Shown piece after piece: positions 1 through 10,826 of a stretch of 64,000 nucleotides of DNA. This stretch comes from Bilabrum cf. latius (lineage: Eukaryota): NCBI GenBank assembly GCA_965178125.1, contig OZ237772.1, forward strand, positions 496,001 to 560,000. The letters run 5' to 3'. A program made the position numbers and the translations under genes. Position 1 is the first letter of the stretch; each line of letters opens with the position of its first letter. The notes under the pieces are model-generated. The model made no database searches. It saw only the letters and a list, made by a program, of their open reading frames with translations, and was not told the DNA's origin.

Positions 1-585
1 GAGCTAGTAGCCTTCGGCTCGGGTGGAAACGACTGCGCTCGCGCGGCGGCAGGCGCCGGAGCTGGCGCCTCTACCTGCGATGGGTTGGAAAAGGATCCGA
101 ATCGTCAAGTGTGACATTGAATCGGTACAGTTATATGCAGCGAAACATGCATGCATGCCGGTGGCTTGAAGTTTCAGCTCGTCGCTCGCCGGTGGTGAAC
201 GGTTCAGAGCGTGAGGCCGCAAGTCGCATCAAAAAGGCGCTATCAATCGACACAGCCTCACCGACTTTGCAGTCTCAATATCATCGTTCGATAAGTTAGA
301 TGCACCGCAACCCATGATTAGCGGTCCTACAGGTTTGGGCTCGAAATGCGCACGCTGATTGGCACCGAAGAACCGCCGGAGCGAACCGAAAAGGGGATCG
401 GCACCGTGACGAACCACAGGCAACGGTGGATGCAAGCACCATGCAAGGCTTTGCCCCCGCATGGTCCAGCGAGAACCTGAGATATTGCTGGTGTAGTAAC
501 AAGTAGGACCGTGCAAGGCGCACCACGTGACTGGAATTGAAAATCGCTGCTCTCAGCGCAAAGCAGCCAACACGCCTGCTTAAAA

Positions 586-3417
586 TCAGAACGGCCTCGC
601 CCCTCTCTTGCCCTTGCCCCCGCGCTTGCCCTTGCCCTTGGCACCGCCCCGGTACATCCCCACGCGATTCGCGCTCTGCCACTGCCTCCTCCCGCTGGCC
701 CCTGCCGCATCCGCAAGCCCTGCCCCCGCCCTCGCCTTGTCGCTCAGGCCCCCGTACCCGACGGCCGCCACTGCCTCATACTGCCGGCCCACCGCCCCGC
801 TTCCGCTCCCCGTCTGCGCCTCTGCCGCGGCCACCTGGCGAGCGTTGTTCGCGAACGACCGCAGCGGATCTGCACCGCCCATCCCCCCCCTGGCCCCCGC
901 CCCAGGGGCCATCTGCCTCCGCCTCTTGCGCTCCCGGCGACTGCCCCCCTGGTCCAGTCCGCCACCCGCCGCCTCCGCCGCGGCCTTGATCGAATCCGGA
1001 ATCAAATAGTCCGGCAGCTTGCCCAGGTGCGCCCGCACGGCAGCCCCCGCCCCCCTGGCTCCCTGCCTCAGTTTCTGCGCGAGGGCCTCCTTGTCCCTCG
1101 GGTTGGCCTCGAAGTGCGCCTGCAGCCTGGCCGAGTTGAGCATCTCCCTCCGGAGATCTTCCGCGCGGGCATGCCGCACCTTGGTCCTTGTTATGCTCTG
1201 CAGCACGTCGTCCACTCTGTACCTGAAGCCCTCCACCTCTCTCGCGTCGAAGGGCAGGGGCGCGGGCTGGGGCCCACCGTCCTCCCCCGGTGCCTGCGAG
1301 GCCCTCAGCTCCTCCAGCAGCGACTGCTCCGCCTTGTTCAGCGTTGTGACGAGTGAGACGGCGGCTCCGCTGGCTCCCCCGCGAGCCACCCTCCCGATCC
1401 TGTGCCTGTATGCCCGCGCGTCGGCCGGCATGTCCACGTTCACGACAGTGCCCACCCCCCTAAGGTCGATTCCACGGGCAATGCCGTATTCCGCGTCGGT
1501 GCCTGGACCCCTGCCCCCGCTGCTCTTGCCGTTGCCCCTGCTCCTGCTTGGCCCGAATCGCTCTTTCTTCTCCTCGTCCTCCTCTAACTCAGCGCGGGGC
1601 CTCTTGCGGCCAGCCGATGCCTTGGGAGCCCCGGACTTGCCGCCCCCCTCCCCCTCCCCCTCCCCCTCCTCATCGTCATCGTCATCCTCATCATCGTCGT
1701 CATCATCCTCCTCATCGTCATCGCCAGCATCCTCCTCATCGTCGTCTCCCTCGCTTCCACTCTGTTCCCCCCCATCGCCTTTCGCGCCGACAGCCTCCTC
1801 CTACTCCTCCTCTTCGTCGCTTTCACTTTCACCTTCACTTTCACTTTCGCTATCACTTTCACTTTCGCTATCACTTTCGCTGTCGCTGTCCTCCTCTGCC
1901 CCTCCCAGCGCCCCATCGGTGGCCACAAGGTAATCGAACATGCCCCGCTCAAACTCGCGGAGCACACGAAGCCTAGAGTTGGCAGGAAGTTCGCCGTGGA
2001 CAGCGGCGCACGGCACACCAAAGGCCTCCAGTAGCAGCCGCACCCTGTAGCACTCGTCAGTGTCTTTCACGAACAAAATCGCCCTCCCGCTGATGAGCCG
2101 CAGCTTGATCAGCGAGAACAGAAGCAGCGGCTTGTCCCCCGGCCGCACCTCGATCGCGTACTGCGCCAGCTTCCCGTCAGTGGGCGCGTCCTCCAGCCTC
2201 AGGACCGCGGGCGCAGTCAGCACGAGCTTCCTGAGAGCGTCCAGCTCCGTGGTCATTGTGGCAGACACGAGCATCCTCTGGCACCCCCGAGGGACCCACT
2301 CGGCCAGCCGAGCCATGGCCCCACCGTGCCCGAACGACAGGACCGCGTCAGCCTCGTCCACCACCAGCACCTGCAAGTGCCGCAGGCAACCGACCAGCGA
2401 AGCAGCGGCCTCTGCCCCGCTGGGCAAAGCCGCCGCCGCATCGGCTCTATCCTTCGCCTCCTGCTCAGCGTCCTCGTCGCCCGCCTTGAGCCGGGCCCTG
2501 AGGGCGGCCTTCTGCGCCCGCCTGGCCTCCTTGCCCTTGGCTGCGTCCAGCGCGCGCTTGCCCCGGTGAGTGAAGGCGTCGGGTCCCACCTGCAGCATCT
2601 TGCCCTTGGTCCTGCGCTGACGAGTGCGCTTGGCGTGCCTCTCGGCAGCCCGCACCAGCCGGCCCGGAGTGGCCACGATCACGTCGGGGCACTCGTCCAG
2701 CAGGTCCATCTCCTCGGATGGGGTCTGCGAGCCGTCCAGGGCCGCGATTCTGAGCACGTCCTGGCAGTAGTGCGCCAGTCGGGCGAGGGCCGCTCTGGTC
2801 TGGGCCACCAGCTCCCGTGTGGGGGCGAGGACGGCAGCGAGGATGCGGCGGGTGGGGGCGGCGCCCAATGTGCCGGCGCCGGAGGAGGAGGAGGAGGAGG
2901 AGGACGCAGCCGTACTGGAAGCCGCGGATGAAGAAGATGATGCCAGCTCGCCGCCGGCTCCTGCTGCGGCCGCTGCGTCTGCCTTTGCCTGCAATACCCG
3001 CTAGAGAAGGGGCAGCCCGAACGCTGCGGTTTTGCCGCTGCCTGTGCTCGCCCGTACCACTAGGTCACGCCCACTCAGTGCCAGCGGCACGGCCTACGCC
3101 TATACTAGAGTAGGATGAACCCACCCGATGAACGCCACTGCCTTGGTCAACCGTGAATCCAGTCCTGCAAGTGCGAAAAGCAGCGAGAGTTGCAGTTGGT
3201 GCTTTCAGCGATGAAACAATGCAGTACTTGCGATTGAGGCATTAAGGTGATGCGCATGATACAAATTTAAGAACAAAAGGGAAGATAAGAATGTGATCTC
3301 ACCAAGCTCGAGGGTAGCGAAGGTCTTCTCCTGGTCAAGCAATCGGGTGTTTACGGTCGTTCCCCGGGCAGCCGCATCGGTTGCGCCGACCTAATCTCCA
3401 GTTTTCACAAGGGACAT
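586..3417 (-). CDS. DDX56: DEAD-box RNA helicase, DDX56/Dbp9 family (2 exons: 3417-3303, 3164-586; TAG read as Gln)
   Basis: Q-motif [15 protein letters not shown], motif [52 protein letters not shown], and C-terminal [16 protein letters not shown]...LPDYLIP typical of Dbp9. In-frame TAG at 3391, 3100, 3094, 3001 and 1801. Intron 3165-3302 (GTGAG...TGCAG). Ends TGA at 586. Confidence 0.92.
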
Positions 3418-3584
3418 TGAAACGCAATTTCAGAGAATTAAGCTATTTTGCCGAGCCTCGAAAGAAACAGGCGCAAATAAGAGGTAACCGCGCAGCTGAA
3501 ACTGTGTTCGCTGCACTCGTCACATGCAAACAGCAACAGTCGAGCGAGCAAGACCTAATTGCCTGGCTCTACCCGCCTGGCTGA

Positions 3585-4472
3585 TCATGCCGCGTCACTA
3601 CCTTCTCTCGATATTACTTCCCTTCTCCAATCCTCCAGTCCGATCGCGTTCACCTGCCCAGCGAGCGCCTGCCCCGCCCCTCCAGCCAGCGCCTCGGCCA
3701 CCCCGGCCCCCCCCTCCCCGATGTGGGGCAGCCACGGAGGCATCTCGCGAACCATGCCACCGGCGGGGCCTCCTCCCTTCCGCACCCCCTCCCGCAGGCC
3801 CAGTGCCAGCGTTGCGTGCAGGTCGCCCCCGTGGGCCTTAGTTCTCAGCTGCTCCCCGCCTGCATCGCATTGCGCTGGGCTGCCCTCGGGGCATCGTCCC
3901 AAGGGGAGATCGCCTGCCCATGCGCTGAACGGGGGCACGCCTGGTGTGAAGTCGTGCACCGTCACGTTCTCCCACCCCATGAATGTGCCGAAGGGGGTCA
4001 CCTTGCGATTCAGGCGCACCGGTGTCTGGAGGGTGCGGTCGATCTCGAGCGAGACAGAGCCCATCACGATCGGGCCCAGGTCTTCGTGCCACGTGTGCCT
4101 CTGAATCTTGCCATCGTTCAGTGTTTCGACAGCATCGCTATGGGCGCTGCCCTCAGGGTTGACGACCATGGAGAAGGGCAGACTGGCTCGCTCAGCAGCA
4201 ATCTAGCAGGAAAAGGCACACTTCTTCGGTGACTCCAGGTGAAAAGCTGTCGCCGCACCGTCCTGCTCGTATTTATAAACACTAATTCCCTTGCTAGACC
4301 AATATGCCACAGTCTCCGGGCTCCAATACATTGAAATGTTTGCGTGGGCCTGCAGCGTGGGAGCTCCCGCAGTCATGCGAACATTTGCCGTAAACATCTC
4401 GGGCGGCTGCCATGCAAAACAATGGCAGAGAGACATAATTGCTACTACTATCGCTAACACATGCGGTTGCAT
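3585..4472 (-). CDS. Secreted protein of unknown function (possibly ependymin-related fold), paralog of the 9408-10360 gene
   Basis: Signal peptide MQPHVLAIVVAIMSLCHCFA. ORFs 4203-4472 and 3585-4169 are in one frame, joined by TAG 4203-4205. Ends TGA. Shares WxEDLGPIVM...RKxTPFGxFxGWENVT with the second copy. Confidence 0.75.
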
Positions 4473-4615
4473 TGGACACTGCGCGGCTTAATGTGAAAAA
4501 TGCAACTTGGTGCATTATAACGTGTTGGTTGTAAATCGAATCCGATTTAGCACGGCCGGCGCTCCCATCCTTGCAAGTGCCCATCTGTGCTGTCGCAGTC
4601 AGTTGGCATGAAATA

Positions 4616-7600
4616 ATGAAAATATTTCTCGTTGTAGCCACCTTAGCTTCGATCGCGTATCGAGCATATGGAACGGAAGGGATTGCCTCTGGTCGACCGG
4701 TTTCGCTGCACGCACCCCTCCCACCGACAGAGGTAACGGAGCCTGGAACAGTATCCCAGGAGAAACCAAGTAGGTACAATCGAGCGCTCCGAGCATCTAG
4801 CATTGCTCGGAATGCCGTGCCAGTGCCATCTCAGGTGCTGCATCACACGGACCCTAAACGGCAGCTCCTCCTAAGGCCCGATGCTTTCTTCAACGGCGGC
4901 TCGAAACCCTACGGCGCCGTCAGGCTCGAAATTCGAGAGCAGGCAGCGCCAGGCGCAAACTTCTCGTACGTTTCCGGAACCGATGCATCAGCGCTGGGGC
5001 CGAATGTGACGGACCGATTCAACGCACCGGTTCGAGCCAGCCCGTTCGTGCACCTGGACCGGAACAGCTCACTGCTGAGCGCACAGCCTAGCGGTGCAGT
5101 AGCTCTCGTAATCGATCCATCGAATACCACGGCCCCAGTGAACGGCACGACCCGAGGGCCCGCCTCGCTGCAGCCCGTCCCCACCCTGGGGGTCACGTAC
5201 GAGCTGCGGCTCATCGTGAGCGACTCCATGGGGGTGGAGAGCTCGCTGTCACTGTCTTTCGAGGTGATCCGAGACTGTCACATGGAAGATTGGGGTAACT
5301 GGACGGAGTGCACCGAGGTGTGTGGGGGGGGCATACAGAATCGATCCAGAGAGGTTGGCCTGCCCGCCATCGGGAGCCGCGCCGCGCAATGCGGAACCAC
5401 CTTCGAGTCGCGGTCCTGCGCGGGCGACGCGTGCGACTCTGGCGCCTTTGTGTCTCAGTCCGTCACCCTCGCTGGTCTCTCGAAGGAGCAGCTGCTGGCC
5501 CCCGGTGACCCCAGTGTCAGGGCGAGACTCCGGGTCGCCCAGGCCTCGTTGATGCCGCTGCTGCCTGGCGGAGAGCCGTACCCTCCCGAGCTCGTGCGGC
5601 TGTAGTCTATCGATGGAGTGGCCCACATCGACGATCCCATCGATGCGGTGAGGCGGGAGGTCCTGCAGTATGCTGCCTGGCTCGTCCAGTCGGCGGGGCA
5701 GCAGGCAGGTGGTGCCGGGGCATCTGAATCGCCCGACAGCTGTGCCGGGAATGCAACACAGTGCAATGCAACCTCCACCCGCCGCCGCCTGGATTCAACC
5801 GATATGCCAGACACAATTCCTGCAACTGCCGCCCAGCACGCGGCTCGCCGTGAGCTTGCACTGCTGCAGGCTGTTGCGGCGCAAGGCCCAGGAGCTGCAT
5901 TTGCAGTCAGCGAGGGTCACCACGTGAACAGCGAGGGTCACCACGTGAACAGCGAGGGTCACCACGTGAACACGCGGGCGAGGAGTCTGGGACTCGCGGT
6001 GGGCCCGGGCCTGCAGCGACTCGCTGACGGATTTGCCGCGCCCCTGAGCAGCTCATTGGGCCAGGGTGGGGCGCTTGCCACAGGGCAACAGCAGCTGCAG
6101 TAGGTGCAGAAGAGCTGGGCTGCACTCGTGGCCAACATGCGAATGAGCGGCACTGGAAGCGGCACGAACCACGCTGGCGAGGAGACAGCAGAGAGCGCAA
6201 GCTCCGGTGTGATGCGACACCTCCGGCTGCATGCCCTCAGGTTGCTGCAGGCGGGACACCAACAACAACAACAACAACAACAACAACAGGAGGAGGACAT
6301 GTGGCTGGAACCCGCGCATCCCGGGGCACGCAGTACGCCAGGGGAAACAGACGGCAGCGAGGCGCCTGCGGCAGATGCCAGCGCAGCGCACAGCGCGCGA
6401 CAGGCAAAGAATCTGCAAGACCCACCAGGCGGTAGTCGCGAGCGGCGAGGAAGAAATAGAGGAAGAGGAAGAGGCCGTCGGCTGCAGTCATTGTCGTCCA
6501 CTGCTAGCTCATCCTCGTCCTTGTCTTCGTCCCCATCTCTCCCCATCACGCTGCGAATGCTGCTGCCCCCCTCCCTGGGCCTCGACGAGTACTCCGCCGC
6601 TCGCTCCCTGGTGGGGGCCTGGGCCACCCCGGGGGTAGGCCTGGCCCCCGCCCTGAGGGCCTTGGGCTTGGTGCAGGCGGGGGCGACGCTCCTGCGATTG
6701 GACGTCACCTCGGCGGAGCAGAGGGCAGGGAACAGGAACATGAGGCCCATCGCGCTGCACGGCATTGCAGTGGTCCCACCCGCTGCGGCGGGGACCTCCT
6801 TGACCGGGGAACAAGGGACCCTGCTGGCTCTGGGGGGCTATGACCAGGACTCTCAGGACGTGCCGTCTGCCGTGCTGCTGCAGACACCGCGGGCCACCGC
6901 GGGCCGCACCTCCCAGCTGGCCCAGGTGTTTTCCCAATTCGGCTACCCCCCTGTAGGGGGCATCGATGTATCGGGTCTGTCGGTGATCGCGGCCAGCGCG
7001 AGGGCACTCAACACCACCACGCTGTCCTTCCGCAGCGACGGGGATGTCTCTGCCACGGGTGCTCTTTTGCCCGAGCAGGACGGAGCCACGGCTCCCAGGG
7101 TGCAGGTGGACCCACTCGAGGCCGTCCTGGTGACTGGCAGCGGCGGGCGGGTCCTTTTCCAGCCACCAGCGGGGAGGGGCTCGCCCCCAGCGGCGTACGG
7201 AAGGCTGGTGTACTCGCTGGTGGATAGGCTAGGAGCCGCCTCGGAGCCGGGGATCGTGTGGCTGGTGCCCCCGCACCGGCGACTCCTCTCGAGCTTCTTC
7301 CGAGATGGGACGGGCGGATGGACCGTGTCGGGGAACGGGCAGCGGGCCGGTGCAGACGCGGTGTCGCACCACTAGCTGCGGCTGGGCGAGGGCATGGAGG
7401 CGTACATTGTGGGGCAGGAGAGGTCGGTGAGTCCAGTGGGGGAGGGCGGGCAGGACGCTGATCTGTGGTACTTTGAAGCGCCTTCATCTGCGCTGGAGGT
7501 GCTGCGAGCCTTGCCATCGGGGATGCGGTCTGCGAGTGCGTCAGGACTGCTCGCAAGGAGTCAGGGTTTGGATGAGGAGAGCTCTGCCTTGGCCGAGTCC

Positions 7601-8251
7601 GAGGCTTTGATCGCGAGTGGGGGGGCGTGGAGGGGGAACTAGGGGGCCGCATACGGGGGTACCATCCGGTTCCTGCTGCATGGTCTGGAGGGAGACTTCT
7701 GGTCCATCCAGGAGGGCGGGGACATGGCGGGAGGGGGAGGAGGGGCGCACAGTGATAGGTCACCTCTCGTCCGGCTCGTGTGCCAGTCCTGTGGGGCCAA
7801 TCGAGGCGTGGAGCTGGGGTACTTTGCGGGTGCCAGCGAGGTGCAGGGAGTAGGGGAGGCCAGCCCCGCCCGATTTGAGGTTCCGCTTGTGGAGGGTGTG
7901 TGGCTGCGGCGCCCCCGCGGACAGCTGGCCGAGACCAGGGGCCGGTCGGCGTGGGAGCCCGTGGGCGCCTGCGACCTGGTGGAGGTGCTGAGCGACCTGT
8001 CCAGCGTGTCTATCCTGGGGGACCTGCTGGAGGGTCACGAGGCGGTGGCGCTGGATGGGGTGGAGGTGGCGGGGAGGGGGGCACCGGGGGGGGTGGAGGT
8101 GGTGGCGAGGGGGGCACCGGGGGGCGCGGGCGGTGGTGCTGCCGCTGGTGGGGGTGGGGGTGGCGGTGGGGAGGGAGGTGTGATGAGTGAGGAGGAAGCG
8201 AGGCGGCTGCGATCCATCGTGCCCCGTCGGTGCGCGGGAAGCGTATACTGA
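4616..8251 (+). CDS. ~1211-aa secreted protein with a thrombospondin type-1 (spondin-like) repeat and a C-terminal laminin domain IV-like region
   Basis: Five track ORFs (4571, 5618, 6104, 7394, 7724) share one frame and are separated only by TAG. Signal peptide MKIFLVVATLASIAYRAYG. TSP1 signature DCHMEDWGNWTECTEVCGGGIQNRSR. GGWTV...LWYFEAP...AYGGTIRF...EVLSDLSSVSILGD resembles laminin IV. Ends TGA. Confidence 0.8.
5908..5972 (+). repeat. 21-bp tandem repeat x3 (CAGCGAGGGTCACCACGTGAA), encoding SEGHHVN x3
   Basis: Three identical in-frame copies read directly from the sequence. Confidence 0.95.
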
Positions 8252-8396
8252 CTGTAGGAAGGCGCACTTCGGGCGTTCGCAGGTGCAGTTAGATGTACAG
8301 CATGAGGCCTGTTCCGGCTTGCCCATGGGCTGCGGTTCGATCTGATTGCAGGTGCAATTTAGAACATATAATTTGCATGTGCCTAATGGTTCTTTT

Positions 8397-9266
8397 TCAT
8401 GTCCCGAACCCAGCTCCGGCCCTGCCCAGTCCCGTCCCTGCCCCCTCTTGATCCCCGCCCCCCAGGACGAGCTCCCTGAGGCTGCCCGCCCCACCTGCGA
8501 ATGGGTCCGTGACCAGATCCAGCTCGTGGGCCTATCCCCCCGCCGATGCACCTGCACCAGCACCTGCACCTGCACCTGCACCGCCAGTGGCCTGTGTCGC
8601 CGATGCAGAGGCAGATGACGAGGAGGAGGCCGCTCCCGCTCCCGCTCCCGCCCCAGCACCGGCACCGGCACCGGCATCGCCATCGCTCGTTGCGGCAGCA
8701 GTCGATGGTGCGCGCAGCCCAGCAGCGGCCTCGGTCTCAAGTTGAACCAGCCGGTCTGCGGCCTAGCTTGCTTTTTGCTGGTCTCTGTCTCGAATCAATT
8801 CGGCGATCGCTGCTTTGGTGGCAAGCTCCAGCTGTTCTGTCACTGGAGCGAGCTCCTCTTTCAGGTCCCATGCAGGGCGCCTAGGGGCAAGCTTGATGGG
8901 ATCCAAAGCATCCAATTGATCCGGGGCTACTCGTTCCATTGCCTGCAAGGTATGCATTAGTCATGAGAAAGGGGACAAGAAGGCCTCAGCCGCACACAGT
9001 ATAATGGACACCACGATTCATGCAGCCGGGCTTACTTTCTCTGCTAGCCTGGCTTCATCAGACCTTGTCTACGATCTTTCACTTTCGACCAGTTGCTTTG
9101 CAGCCATAGATGGCAAAGCTATGCTACTGTGAGACCTGGTGCCATCCATGCCTGGCTGCTCACTGGTCTAGTCACTCTACTCTTTCTGAACCCCCTCACT
9201 GGAGCCCTAGACCTACGATGGCGTGTAGTTCTTAAATACGACCCGGCGTTTCTTCGTTGCACTCAT
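8397..9266 (-). CDS. CCDC12: CCDC12/Cwf18-like splicing factor (2 exons: 9266-9036, 8942-8397)
   Basis: N-terminal VFKNYTP and C-terminal LAPRRPAWDLKEELAPVTEQLELATKAAIAELIRDR match Cwf18 motifs. Intron 8943-9035 (GTAAG...TGCAG). About 7 in-frame TAG. Ends TGA at 8397. Confidence 0.8.
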
Positions 9267-9407
9267 CGCCACCCACCTGTAAATGCCAAAAGAAGCCCGA
9301 TCTGTTTCTATTCCGGACGTTATTTCAACTGCACGTTATAAAAACCCAGTCAGGAAACCACACCTGCTTTCGGCCTCAGTAATTACCCCGGGTAAAAGCC
9401 ACAAACC

Positions 9408-10360
9408 ATGTACTCGTGAGGAATGAATGAAAGTAATACTTGGTACCACGTGACCGAATCATGTGGCTAAATAACACCGTACATGTCTAGGGCGGCACGA
9501 TCACCACATCCAGGATCTTACCCTTCCCATCCCTTGGTTCTAGTCGTATTATGATCCAAAATGAATCCATAGAACTGTCTTGAGAATCTTTTAAGTCATT
9601 TGGACGATTATTCGTGTTTCCATTTCGCAGTATGGTCGCTGTGCTGAGCTCCGCTGCTGCCATTGCAGCAAGCGTGCCTACGTTCCCACCGTCTTTCACG
9701 GCGCAAGAATTCATTCGAGTGCAGCAGACAGGCCAGCCGCTGCAGGAGGGCAACTAGACCAGCTACTGGTCGCAGGGCGCCGTGAAGAACGCCACGACCT
9801 ACACGGGCACCCGCGGCACCACGGTGTACCTTTTCGACGAGGAGGGCTCCTTCGGCCACGGAAACGTATACGTTGCCTTTGCAGACCGTTGCCAGTACTA
9901 CTGCGGCAATGGAATGCTTCAGGAGGACCTCGCAGACACGCTGGAGGCCCCCGAGTACCTGCACAATGCCAAGTTCACCGGGTCTGGCACATTTGACGGC
10001 ATCAAGGTCAACAACTATGCTTGGAACGAGGACCTCGGCCCCATCGTGATGAACTCGCTCACTCTGGCAGTGAGACCCGACACTGTAGCACCCGTGCACC
10101 AGACCCGCAAGCTGACCCCGTTCGGAAACTTCATCGGCTGGGAGAACGTGACTTGGAACTCGTTCGTGCCAGGCGAGCCCCCGGCCAGCGCCTGGAACAT
10201 CCCCAACAAGGAGTACTGCGAGCGAGGTAGCGAGGCCCAGTGCCAGCAATTCGAGACCAAGACTGTGCGCGTGGAGGGGCAGGAGGTGCGTGTCCCGCAC
10301 AGCCCCCGGCAGGTGCTGCTCAACCTCGAGGCCAGGTGGGAGCAGAACGGGTCCCTGTGA
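9408..10360 (+). CDS. Secreted protein, paralog of the 3585-4472 gene (proposed 8-nt first exon 9408-9415, intron 9416-9630; alternative start ATG 9632)
   Basis: Hydrophobic N-terminus MVAVLSSAAAIAASVPTFPPSF. In-frame TAG at 9755. WNEDLGPIVMNSLTL...RKLTPFGNFIGWENVTW. Ends TGA. Confidence 0.75.
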
Positions 10361-10496
10361 TGAGTGTGGTTGCCGCATTCGTCCCAGATCAGTTGGAGAA
10401 CCCGATGGACCAGATGGCAGTGAGAGCTTTGACTGGCCCGGCCTGGCCTGGCCCCGGCGTCAAGCCCGGGCCATGCCAGCTTCTGGACTTTTGCCA

Positions 10497-10527
10497 GGAC
10501 TGACTGACCGACTGACTGACTGACTGA
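10497..10527. repeat. (GACT)n microsatellite
   Basis: gactgactgaccgactgactgactgactga between convergent 3' ends. Confidence 0.85.
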
Positions 10528-10604
10528 GGTGCATCCGTTATGGATGTGGTTCCAGCAGATTACACGTTTCGATGCAAACTGCGATTCAAGTTCCTACTCT
10601 ACCT

Positions 10605-10826
10605 CCCTGCCTCACTGTGCACCCATGGCCCCCTTGCCCTGCTACCCCTCAGGGTCCCTACCCTGCCTCACTGTGCACCCATGGCCCCCTTGCCCTGCTA
10701 CCCCTCAGGGTCCCTACCCTGCCTCACTGTGCACCCATGGCCCCCTTGCCCTGCTACCCCTCAGGGTCCCTACCCTGCCTCACTGTGCACCCATGGCCCC
10801 CTTGCCCTGCTACCCCTCAGGGTCCC
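10605..10826. repeat. 56-bp tandem repeat x4 overlapping the last codons and stop of the RP2-like gene
   Basis: Unit CCCTGCCTCACTGTGCACCCATGGCCCCCTTGCCCTGCTACCCCTCAGGGTCCCTA starts at 10605, 10661, 10717 and 10773; no spacers. Confidence 0.95.

Noticed and set aside
1-540. Possible partial gene at the left edge
   Set aside because: No recognisable motif, and strand and frame cannot be determined.
10605-10826. CRISPR array
   Set aside because: The 56-bp units are contiguous with no unique spacers and there are no cas genes; the same applies to 47345-47514.
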